DNA from: Camelus dromedarius
Lineage: Eukaryota
Assembly: GCF_036321535.1 (NCBI RefSeq)
Contig: NC_087447.1
Coordinates: forward strand, 23,250,001-23,314,000
Direction: 5' to 3'
Length of the DNA: 64,000 nt
The position numbers and the translations under genes were made by a program. The notes under the pieces were generated by a model, which made no database searches, was not told where the DNA came from, and was given only the letters and a program-made list of their open reading frames with translations. Each line of letters opens with the position of its first letter. Position 1 is the first letter of the stretch. Below, piece after piece: positions 1 to 10,378 of this stretch.

Positions 1-872
1 TATTCACTCTGACTAGAGCTGGGAAAAATCCTGCTGCCTGGTTATAGCTAACTGCGTCCCACTCACCCCACCTTCTCAGCCCACTCTGCCTTTCCACCTG
101 CTCAGCTCAGACAAGCCAAGGCAAAGCGACGAGGCCCCCACCATGTCCTTCCCTCTCCCCTAGGAAGGCTCAGTTTGGAGACCTCTGGAGAGTGGAGAGT
201 TTACAAATTTGTAAAGAATAATTTACTACCCTAGGAAAAACCTTCCTTTTTTGTAACCCCTCCCTTTACAAATGCTCAATTTTGAGCCCAAATCAAATAA
301 ACAATGCCTCAAATCTTGATGCTCGAGGGAGCCAGGTGGCCCAGCCCTCTCCCTGCAGGCGTCTCCCTCTCTCCTGTCTGGATCGGTACAGACTGCCCCA
401 CGAGAAAAAGTAGCTTGGGAACCATAAGATTTTTCACTCCACTCAACACACATGACCCTTGTATCTCTTCACTGTCTGCGAAGTAAGAGGAAAGTTACAT
501 ACTTCACCCCCAAACCCAGAAATAAAGAAGGAACTGGACTGGGATAAGAAGGCCCTGGGGGTGATGTGGAGTCCTCGGGGGGCCACTCATCTGCGAAGGA
601 AGCTTTAGTAACTAACATGGTGCTTACTTTGCGACAGGCCAGGGACAGCTCTGAATATGAGCTCTGCCAACCTATGGGACAGAGGCCAGAAGGAAGCTTC
701 AATCCTCTCCTACCAAGAGGCTGTGGTGCTCTCAGTCACCCTTTAGCTTGCAGGTTCAAGGTTAGACATTTAGGAGAATGTGCTTTCCAACTGGCCTCTT
801 CTTCCTTTCTAGGACCTCCAGACAGACCTGCTTTTAGCATCTTTTTTTCTTGCTTCACAGCTCAAAACTCAC

Positions 873-944
873 CTGGAATTTGAGGTTTCCGTATAGGACC
901 CGAGGTGGTGTTTGCCCCGCCTTCTTGACTCCCACTTGAGTGTC
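873..944 (-). CDS. CD44: CD44 constant membrane-proximal stem exon, 72 nt: [24 protein letters not shown]
   Basis: Acceptor tttttctctttag|GACAC, donor TTCCAG|gtgagt; recognisable CD44 peptide with N-T-T sequon. Confidence 0.97.
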
Positions 945-1214
945 CTAAAGAGAAAAACGACATCTCTCAACCAAAATTTGGAACTCAGAACCACGAGTTC
1001 CTTACAGAGCCAACCTCTATGTGTTGCATCACTGCAAAACTATTTATAGATTCAAGCCACTGACATTATAATGTGTTACACGAAAGATTATCTGCCCAGA
1101 AAAGTTTGGTTTGATTAAGGCTAAGGCTTGGAAATGTTATTTTTCAACAAGAGCACGAGAACTCTCAGCGGCAGTACTGTGCAGTGTTTAAGAGGCTGTG
1201 GGGCAGGACGGCGC

Positions 1215-1350
1215 CGGATTCGAGTCCTACCTCTGCTAGGTCAAGTCATCCCTCTCCAGGTCTCAGTCTTCTTGCTCATAAAATGGGGTAACAATAGAAT
1301 CCACTTCCTCATCACTTTACAGAGGTTTAAAGAAGTGTGCAAGAATGGTG
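1215..1350 (+). mobile_element. MIR SINE fragment
   Basis: Degenerate MIR core (ggattcgagtcc...ctcagtcttcttgctcataaaatggggtaacaatag). Boundaries approximate. Confidence 0.7.
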
Positions 1351-1390
1351 ATCGTGTACAGTTTACTATTTTCGACTTTTAATTTAGGAC

Positions 1391-1510
1391 CTTGCTACTC
1401 AAAGTGTGGTCCCTGGACAGGCAACACCACATGGGAGCTTGCTAGCAGTACAGAGTCCCAGGCCTCACCCCAAACCTCAGAAGCCTCATTTTAACAAGAC
1501 CTTTAGGGGA
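1391..1510. mobile_element. MER5A-like hAT-Charlie fragment
   Basis: tgctactcaaagtgtggtccc...cattttaacaagacc resembles the MER5A consensus. Confidence 0.7.
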
Positions 1511-2871
1511 CTCAAAGGCTCCAAATAGTCCAAAGCAAATCTAAAAATTACATCCAATATCTTCAGTAGACACAGGCATAAATATTAAAAAATAAGGATT
1601 TGGGGCAGATGGCAGGGGAAGGGGTTGGCAATGGTCTTTTCTGTCTGAACAAAATCACCCTAATGAGAGTACCGGCTAATATATTCCTGCAACATGCATT
1701 GTCTTTTGAAGACAACATTTTCTACTGCCACAAAACCAACTAAGGAGACAAAGAAAGAATCTCAGACTGAAAGGAAGCAGGAAGTATCGCAAGATAAAGA
1801 ATCCACAAGTCAAAACCAGAGGTTCATCAAAACCAGGGGTGAATCATGTTTTACAAGAAACTTCTAAGACATCTTGTGAAGAGACGCACCCAAATGAAAG
1901 CTTTGGTTTTTGTTTGTATTTTGTGTGTGTGTGTGCTTCCTTCACTGCTTCAAAACAAAATGTGAAACATCCCCACTGAAATGAACTCTTTTGCCCTACC
2001 CAGTGGGAACCCACTGCAGAATTCTGAGGGCTCCCAAGGAAAGAAAATAACCCAGGAAGTCTGTCTGGCTAGTCAGTGGATGGAGATGATCAGGACTTCA
2101 ATGAAAAGCTTTTCTCAGAGAGTCAGACTGTCGAAGGTGCACAGTGGACACTGAAATTTTGTTAACTGCCGTCATTTTGGATAGAAAGGCTCCTGTTCAT
2201 GCAATTTGATGTTCTTGTTAAACTCAAAACAGAGGAAAACAGATTCTATCGGACATTTGGCTGTTTCAACATGCCATCTGGACAGTGGCCTTTTGCTTCA
2301 CAAACCTCAGAAGGAGTCCAAAGGGTTTTCTGTAGTTGCCTCCCAGTGGCCTTGGCCATTGGCAGGTGTTTGCCTGCACAGGTCATAGGATATTTGCCAT
2401 CTAAACTGGAGATCTTTGGCCTTGAAAACCACCTAAGAGGTACAACCACTCTTGCTGGTCTGTCTCTGACTCACAGCAGCCTCTGATAATTGAAAGGGAG
2501 GCCATTAATGCATCATAATCTCTTTATTAGGATTAAAAAAAAAAGTGCTCCCAGCAAGGAAAGATCTGGGTGTGTGTGCGGCCAGATGAAACCTCCCGTT
2601 TGAACAACAGACACCTGCACAGGAGTCAAACAAAAGAGACCGTTCCCGCCCACCTGATTTTCACTTCAAACAAAAGCAGAAGATGGACCGGATACACCGG
2701 TCTTGCCTTGCACCCTAGAGGTCTGCAAACTAGCCGGAGCTGGGCTGGCTGGGAAAGCAGGTTCTGCAAAGGGGATGCTCAACACTGCAGCTGGGAGGTG
2801 AGATCCAATCTGAGACATGTGCACAGAGATAATTCAACTGGCTGGTGCGACTGTGAGGCAAAATAGCCTAG

Positions 2872-3050
2872 GATAGTGCTTCTCAAACTTTACTGCACAT
2901 ACGAACCACCTAGTGGGGCTGGGTGGGGTAGGTCTGGTTAAAATGCGGCTCTTGGTTCAACTGGTCCAGGATGGCTGGGGATTCTGCAGTTCCAGCCAGC
3001 TCTTAGGTGATGTCCCTTGCCGTTGGTCCTAGGACCACACGTGGAATAGC
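2872..3050. mobile_element. MER5A-like hAT-Charlie element
   Basis: agtgcttctcaaacttt...ggtcctaggaccacacgtgg terminal sequences. Confidence 0.7.
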
Positions 3051-3694
3051 TGGGGTCTCCTGATTTTAGAGAGCATTGTCTTGCAGTAATAACTCCAAAT
3101 TCAGATCATTTTCAAAATCCTTTCATATTCCTGATACCTCATGCTTTTCATAAGAACTCTAGGAGGTAATGGAGGCTGGTGTTCCAATCTCATTTTTACT
3201 AGTAAAGAAGTTATGGCTGGGAAAGGCTAAATGCCCCACCCAAGGCCCCCAGAGAGCCTGGGACTTCTGTCTTTATTTTAGAAGCGTTTCTACTGAGTCC
3301 CCTCACCCCTGTGCTCTTCTTACATAATAGGTCATTACTGAAGTCACCATGTAAATATCCATCTTCATATTTGCTTTAAGTGTCTGAACTTTAAGCCTAG
3401 AGGCAACCCTCCTCCCACTTAGGCATGAAGGGGACAGTAGTTCATATGGATCACCTGACTTGCCTGGGGTCACCTGGACTGGAGATGCCAGGGAGACCCC
3501 AGTAAGACAGCACCAGCAGAACCTCTCAGTAGCCCCAGTGTCAGTGGTCACACGTAAACCTGCCTCATGGCAGACTTTTGCTGCCTGAAGTCATATTTCT
3601 AGGGGTGTGATCAGTACAGTAATTACAGCAGTAATAATGGTCATTACAGAGTACTTTCTCCAGATCATGCTTCTGAGAGGCAAAACAAATCCCT

Positions 3695-3965
3695 GGGGCT
3701 GGGAACCTGGCTTCACCTCCCAGCTCACTAGTCATGTCAACTCAGCCAGGTAACTTAGCTTCTCTGAGCTTGAGTTTCCTCATCTGTAATATTGGGATAA
3801 TAATAGGACTGACATAATTAAGTGAGTTAATCATAAATGAAATATACGAAATCGCTGATATTTGACTGTTGACCTATAGAAACGGCAGTTTCATATCGTC
3901 CAACTTAATACATGCAAAGTGCTTAGAACAATGCCGCCAGCACACAGGAAATTCTCAACGAATGC
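3695..3965 (+). mobile_element. MIR SINE interrupted by a MADE2 insertion
   Basis: gagtttcctcatctgtaatattgggataataatag core; the MIR 3' end (tacatgcaaagtgcttagaaca) resumes after 3909. Confidence 0.75.
3833..3909. mobile_element. MADE2-like mariner MITE nested in the MIR
   Basis: About 77 bp degenerate palindrome (atatacgaaatcgctgatatttgac...aaacggcagtttcatatcgtccaactta) resembling the recalled MADE2 consensus. Confidence 0.65.
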
Positions 3966-3969
3966 TAGC

Positions 3970-4185
3970 TATCATGCCATGTGCTGGGGGTTATGCTAAA
4001 TACTTTATAAGTATATCATCATTTAGTCTTTAAAACAATGCCCTGTGACAATTATTATTACCCCAGTTTTATTGGTTAGGAAATTGAGTCTTAGATCCTT
4101 TAAATAAGGCCCCCAGTTTACATATGGAGGAGCTGGAATTGAACCCAGGCCATTCTTATGGCAAAGTCTATGTTTTTATTCACTC
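3970..4185 (-). mobile_element. MIR SINE, opposite orientation to the adjacent MIR
   Basis: ttattattaccccagttttatt...gaaattgagtc...gctggaattgaacccagg. Confidence 0.65.
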
Positions 4186-4261
4186 TAGTGTAATGCAGTG
4201 TTAAACTGGACAGCCTGCTTGATTCTTTCTGATCCTTTCAGATGGAAGAATTATCTTGAAA

Positions 4262-4432
4262 GCGGTGGTTGTCAAAGTGGAGTCCCTGTCCCAGCAGAAT
4301 CAGAATCACCAGGGCACTTGTTAGAAATCCATGCTCAGGCACCACCCCAGACCTACTGAATCGGAAGCTTTAAGGATGGGGGCCCAGCAATGTGATTTAG
4401 TAAGCTCCCTCTGAGATTGTGATGCATCCAAA
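4262..4432. mobile_element. MER5A-like hAT-Charlie element
   Basis: gtggttgtcaaagtggagtccc...ccccagacctactgaatcggaagct...gggcccagcaat. Confidence 0.8.
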
Positions 4433-4549
4433 GAAAAATATGAGAACAATTTTTCAGGAGACACTGACTCATACATACTTCATTCATAATCAGCAGGTTC
4501 CATGGTGAAAACAGAAAATAACTCAATAAATAAAGCAGCTCAAACTCAC

Positions 4550-4615
4550 CAGCTGATTCAGATCCGTCAGTGGTATGAGACCTCTCGCTGGAGTCAACCG
4601 GTGAGACTTGGTCAT
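4550..4615 (-). CDS. CD44: CD44 first constant exon after v10, 66 nt: (D/N)DQVSPVDSSERSHTTDGSESA
   Basis: Acceptor ttgcttcttccag|ATGAC, donor CAGCTG|gtgagt; SHTT-GSES motif matches the CD44 exon; phase 1-1. Confidence 0.95.
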
Positions 4616-5674
4616 CTGGAAGAAGCAACGAGGGAAGATTCAGTACTGTGTTCAGGTACGCTGCATCTGTGTTTTCATACAGCCCATCACAAAGTGTAGT
4701 CTTTCAAAGGTAACCAAAGACGATGACAAATGAGCTTTGCATGGGTCCATGATATTAATTACTGTTCATTGCTGAATCCACTGATGAGTGGGCCAGAGCT
4801 TTAATCAAAATTTTAAAACCTGGGACAGCACAGACCATCAAAGATAACCATAGGAAGTGTGGCTTTAGTAGAAACTGTAACACTTTAACAAAAATATTAT
4901 AGTGTCTTTGCAGGTCTGATGGTGGGATTTGATACTATATCTTTGAAATAAGGACTGTATGCTTTGGATTATGATAAATGTGATTACTGGGGACAGGTGT
5001 ACTCTGTGGCTTAGGGCATGAGACATTTAAAGAGATTTCTTTGAGGCAGGAAATAGAAAAAGGTTTTGATGTGCAATAAAGAATATTGGAGTTGAAGTAT
5101 ATAAAGATTCAAAGAGAAAAGTCAACTGCTTATTTAAAGAAAAAGAGTCTGAAAATAAGTGAAAAAGAAATGGGGAAATGATAAGTAACATGTGACTAAG
5201 GTGTCCCTGGTTATTAGAATATGTTTCAAATAATAATATTTTTCAAAAATTAAATCTATATTTTTAATATCGGAAGTTAATGTGGTCCCATATCCTCAAA
5301 TATCCATCACCAAAAGGCTTTTGATTGAGACAAGTTCATGAATTGCCAAAATCTGAAGCCGCAGGTCAAATTTGGACTCAACATATGGAAACTCACTCTT
5401 CTCCCTTTTCCCCACACATTTCCCAAAACTATAATGGCATCTTAAAACAAAACAGGACAATAATTTCATAAAATGGCTATAGTCACCCATTATGAAAAGT
5501 ACATATAAGGAATATACAGTAATCTGATCATCACCATTTCCTTGATTAGAGTAGGTGAAGATTACCTGTAATCTCTCATGTAATTGTATAGAGGAGATAG
5601 ATTGCTTTGTTCTTTGGTTGATGGTAAGAATAACTGAAAATAGCATTTGCTGAAAGATGACACCAATACTGCCC

Positions 5675-5790
5675 CCACCACCACCACCATCACAGTCACC
5701 GCCACCACCACCACCATCACAGTCACCACCACCACCACCACCATCACCACCACCATCACCACCGTCACCACCATTACCACCACTACCACA
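5675..5790. repeat. Imperfect (CCA)n/(TGG)n repeat containing an exact 26-mer duplication (period 27)
   Basis: ccaccaccaccaccatcacagtcacc at 5675-5700 and 5702-5727, followed by degenerate ACC/ATC units. Confidence 0.95.
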
Positions 5791-7262
5791 ATTCCAAATG
5801 TTTACATTGTATGGGAAGAAATGAGCCTTATCCAAGTGTTTTGGAAGAAAACCAAGGATGAGAGTCAGATCATTTACCCATGGAGAACAACGGAAAGTCT
5901 GTACCACCGCAGGATGTAGAAGGAATCAGCATATGTAAAAATCAGTTTTGCGGAGAACACTTTATTTACTAATAAATAGTCTATGTAATCCTTCTAGGCT
6001 ACTGTGACTATTAAAATTGCCATTTAAAATCTAAATTCATTAGGCTACATAACAGGTCTTATTTTGCCAAGAGAAACCAGGCAGTGCTTTAAGATTCATT
6101 TCTCCCGAAGAATACCAACCACACTACTTGGAATTTTGAATAAACCGAGAGCAGAATCATGCTGTATAAAGAGCCAGTGGATGTAAGGGGATTTGTCTTG
6201 CTAATATTGCTGAGGTTAGTATTTTTAAAACCTGTTTTCCTTGAAGCCCTGGGGTGGGCAGCCCAGAGGGGAGAGGCTGAGCATGTGGCATTCTGGGTTT
6301 CTGTCTCCACATCAGTTAGAGCGCCAATGATGTTATCTGTTTTAAATACTGGGTTCTCATAAGATCTATCCTTCTTTTGAGGTGGAAGGGGCAGGGAAAG
6401 GACCAATGCTGCTACATATGTACATACATACTCACATAAATACATATACATATATATTTAAATAATATGTCTTAATGGTTGAGTGGTTAAAAAAAACACC
6501 TGAATAACTGCCATCAGGAGGGAGAGTTCGGTTTTAGTTTCTTAGCCAGATCAGGTATTTTGCAGTTCTGTTTTCTTCAGTGTTAGTTTCTTAATGCAAA
6601 TGAAGAAACACAGAAAAGTCAAGTTGGGAGGACTGCTTATTTGAGGAAAAAGGTCTCATTCTTACACTAGGTTCATGTCCATCTTAAACTGAATAAGTCA
6701 TCTTCAGTCATCTCTTTGCCATCACAAGAGAAACGATGCCTGTTCATTAATAGGAGATTAAATCGTATTAAGTGTGTATCTTAACTGGAAAAGGTTATCC
6801 ATAAGCCCTTCACCAAAAGTATATTCACCAATCCATCACCAGTAGAAGAAAATAATTTCAGAGCAAAGACATCAGTATATAGAAATTATTTACAAGTTGG
6901 GTAAAACCTTACTAATGGGTGGCATATGCTGAATCAAATGAAATTACTAATATTTGGCTACTTTGACTGACATATGATTCAACTTAACATATCATAAGAT
7001 CAGAAACAAGACAAAGAAGGAAATTCTACCATAACAACCAAGTCAAAAAAATAAATGGAAGTTACACAAGCAAATAAAAGCATTATTTATCTAAAGGAAG
7101 TCTGTTCACTTGCACACTACAATGATGATCTGTGATGAAAGCCGTTCCTGGGTCACAAATCAGTCTCGTCACAGCCTACACAAGAGAATGTCCCCTGTAA
7201 TAAGAAAGTGTGTTGTTTTTCCCTATTGAGAAAGCAAATCAGATAACAGATGGCCAAATTAC

Positions 7263-7469
7263 CTGATAAGGAATGATCAAGATTAGAGGTGAAATCTCCA
7301 AGAACAGTAACTCCGGTAACTCCAGGGGACTCAGGCTCAGTAGGGGTCACTGGGAGGAGGGTTGTGTATTCATTTGTGTCTGGAGAATGAGGAGTATAAC
7401 CTTCCACTGAAGTGGCTGAGTCGTCAGGAAGATTTCCACCTCTTCTTCCACCTCTGCCATCATTCCTAT
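7263..7469 (-). CDS. CD44: CD44 variant exon v10, 207 nt: (N)RNDGRGGRRGGNLPDDSATSVEGYTPHSPDTNEYTTLLPVTPTEPESPGVTGVTVLGDFTSNLDHSLS
   Basis: Acceptor ccttcacacag|ATAGGAATGATG, donor TATCAG|gtaatt; open frame; EGYT and PVT motifs. Confidence 0.96.
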
Positions 7470-8350
7470 CTGTGTGAAGGTGGAATTAATGGTAAACCCA
7501 CTTTTGTAAGAACACCACCCATCATATGCTTGTCTTCAGAATGTGCAATTGCTGCAAAAGCTTGTCGCTTGTTATTTGTGAACACGGAGCAAAAGACAGG
7601 GAGGTTTGTTACACCACTGGGCAGAATCAATATTTTGCAATCAACACCACCTGGATATTACTCAATGGAAGAGATTTTGGTGATCTTAATACCCAGAAGA
7701 GACATTTGTTACAACAACCGCCTGGGTTATTAAAATAAGGTTTATGCCGCTAGAACTGTTACCTTGAAGTCAACCCAAGTACCAGATAATCTTGAGCTCT
7801 TACTCTACTGGACCACCACCTTTGATGAAGTGGAAGGTAAAACTGAACTGAAAGGTAAAATTATGCTGCCTGCAACTGGAATGGCCAATGAAAAGTTTCA
7901 AAGACCAGAGGCTTTGATTATTCTTTCCTTGGCCATTTCACACGGCTTCTTAGTCACCAGCATCATGGATTTATGGTCCAGAGGATAAACAGCAAAGTAA
8001 TATTACTAATGCCAGGAAATCAGAGCATGACATAATTCAGACCTTTATACCAATCGTAAATCATACATAAGCGATGTTATGTGTAAACCAAGCCACTAAC
8101 TCTGGATTTGAAGAAGCCCAGTCTTTAAGATTAAAAAATAGAGTTTGCCTTTAATGTACAATAGTTTCTAACAGGTCTACAAGCAGAAAAATCAGAGACC
8201 CATCACCAGCCACACCTTCTGATCAGAAGTATCAGCATAACTGCAGCCAACTGATGTCCCTCCACCAAAGACACTGCAAAGGCACCCATAATTCATTGAT
8301 TTCTTTTTTTTTTTCACTAGCTGAAGCCACCTGGGCTTTACAGTCCTTAC

Positions 8351-8440
8351 TGCTAGATGTTGGAGCAGAAGTCGTCGGGTGCTCTTTATCTTCTTCCAAG
8401 CCTCCGTGTGATGTAGAGAAGCTCAGAGTATCACTCCACT
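8351..8440 (-). CDS. CD44: CD44 variant exon v9, 90 nt: (Q)WSDTLSFSTSHGGLEEDKEHPTTSAPTSS
   Basis: Acceptor cattgaaacag|AG, donor TAGCA|gtaagg; SFSTSH-GLEEDK-HPTTS motif. Confidence 0.96.
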
Positions 8441-10143
8441 CTGTTTCAATGAGGGATGAATCTGGTATTAATTTGGAGCCATGAAACAAATCCTCTGTTA
8501 TCTAGCTACAAGTGTCAGATGGGTAGGTGCGTAGGAATACCAAGGTTTGGGCATGCCATTCTTCTCTGATTGACATAAATGCACAACAGATTTCTGCTTT
8601 GCCCCTAGTTGGCTTTGCTTTTCAGTATAATCAACAAGGTCAAGTGCCAAGGTGACACCTGAGCCAAAACTTTGTCCATCCTGGATCATTGTGGCCCAAT
8701 TATAGCACTTCTTCCTGTCACTCGGGAAAACCAGAGAGCACAGAGACAAAGAAAAAGGAACGTGTGAATCCCAGTGTTCCTATTAACCATCAAGAGCACC
8801 TAGCTATGTGTCAAGACACGTGACGGTAGAGAAAATAAACACCATCATAGCGGATAGCGTATTTGTCACCACAAAAGAGGAAGAAGTTTATCTAGAATTA
8901 CTTGCTCAAGTAACTCAGACCAAATTTATACAAGGAAACACTTAAATCTCTTCTGAAGAATATTAAAGTTATCATCGTACTCAGTTATTAGGTTTTTGAT
9001 CTCATCTGTGGATGCGGATTCTCATCACTGAGCTGAAACACCAGGAAACTCTTATCTGGGCAAACACAGGGCCCTCGCTGATATGTACAATTTCATGTTG
9101 AATCATTGCCCGTATCTGAAAAAGCTTTGATTGTTCTCAGTTAATTTCTTTTGTGTTCTTCTAAGAAACATACCAACCTCTGAGTTACAGGTGCAAGCAC
9201 TCCATAAAGCACACCACTAAGCACACCATGTCCACCACCAAGTAAATATTACAACCAGGAGAGAGACATTCACCAAATCCCAAACTCAACTGCACAGCAA
9301 AAGTCAACAAGGACATAAAGTAGGAATACAAAACCCTTGACTGGCAAGGACCACTTTTAGGCTTATCTGCATCTCCTTTGATGCTTAACACTGGGCTATT
9401 TACATTCCTGACGATCAACACATGCCTGTTAATTTTTCCTTTTGCCTAAAAGGGCTCACATGGAAAGACTCTGCCCATTATGTAAGACCTTCTTAATTCT
9501 GGATTTCTTTCATATTCTGTCAAGAAATTATGAATGGGTGATCTCCAGGATAGCCCTGTAAATGTAGTGGGCATTAAGGCTACTAGAAGTTTAGCACTGT
9601 TTCTACCATGATGATAGGAGGAGACATGAGCAAATGCTCCTCTTTTGTTCCCTGGCCCTGCCATCTATGTCAACTGTCAACAGCAAGCCTTGCTCCTCCT
9701 CTGTGACCTGATGTGATTTCCCTACTCTCCACCACTATCTGGCCCCAAAATATCTTTTTACAACCATCAAAACGTCCTACCCCTATTCTGCATTGACTGA
9801 AAGATGGGAATCAAAAGGAGCTGGTCAGTTAAAACGTAGAGAAACCACCGTCTGAGCTGTGGTCTTGGGTTTCACTGACATTACTACTCAGAGAATGAAT
9901 GGAGTCCCACACCCTTTTTAGTTTTTTCTTAACATAAAATCATTGACTCTGGGAAGCACCAAGAATGGAGGTATAATCAGGTTTAAAGAATTCATCAAGA
10001 AAATATAGACAGTGAAGACAGCTTTTACGTTCTGAGCTGAGCTGAGCTACGTAGCACTGAGCGAGCTGTTCCACCACCAAGCTCTGCATCAGGGTCCACG
10101 GGAGCAAGAGCTGAAGCAGGAATACAGGTCAATAAGGACACTG

Positions 10144-10246
10144 GAGGAGGGTATAGCTCAGTGGTAGAGTGTGTGCCTAGCATGCACTAGGTCCTGGGTT
10201 CAATCCCCAGTACTACCATTAAGATAAATAAATAAACAAATAAATA
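10144..10246 (+). mobile_element. tRNA-derived SINE (camelid type), antisense to CD44, with degenerate TSD
   Basis: A box (tagctcagtggta), B box (gggttcaatccc), (TAAA)n tail; TSD aataaggacactg 10131-10143 vs aataaagagactg 10247-10259 (11/13). Confidence 0.92.
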
Positions 10247-10276
10247 AATAAAGAGACTGAGTGTCATTATCCTTAC

Positions 10277-10378
10277 GAGTTGTCATTGAAAGAGGTCCTG
10301 TCCTGTCCAAGTCTTCCACCAAACCTGTGTTTGGATCTGCAGAAGGCTGAAGCGTTGTACTATGGCTGGTGTCCATAT
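10277..10378 (-). CDS. CD44: CD44 variant exon v8, 102 nt: DMDTSHSTTLQPSADPNTGLVEDLDRTGPLSMTT
   Basis: Acceptor ttccttcag|ATATGG, donor AACTC|gtaagg; very close to human v8 as recalled. Confidence 0.97.

Noticed and set aside
5296-5919. Poly-Gly, poly-Val and poly-Thr ORFs, including the longest ORF in the track (203 aa)
   Set aside because: They arise from the stop-free (CCA/TGG)n repeat; flanks have no protein-like features and the region is intronic.
7362-7733. 123-aa plus-strand ORF antisense to v10, and a possible antisense transcript over the v10 region
   Set aside because: No recognisable domain or promoter. A human CD44 antisense RNA is recalled near here, but I cannot define its exons from sequence alone.
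8216-8229. Perfect 14-bp palindrome cttctgatcagaag
   Set aside because: About four are expected by chance in 64 kb (1 per 4^7 positions).
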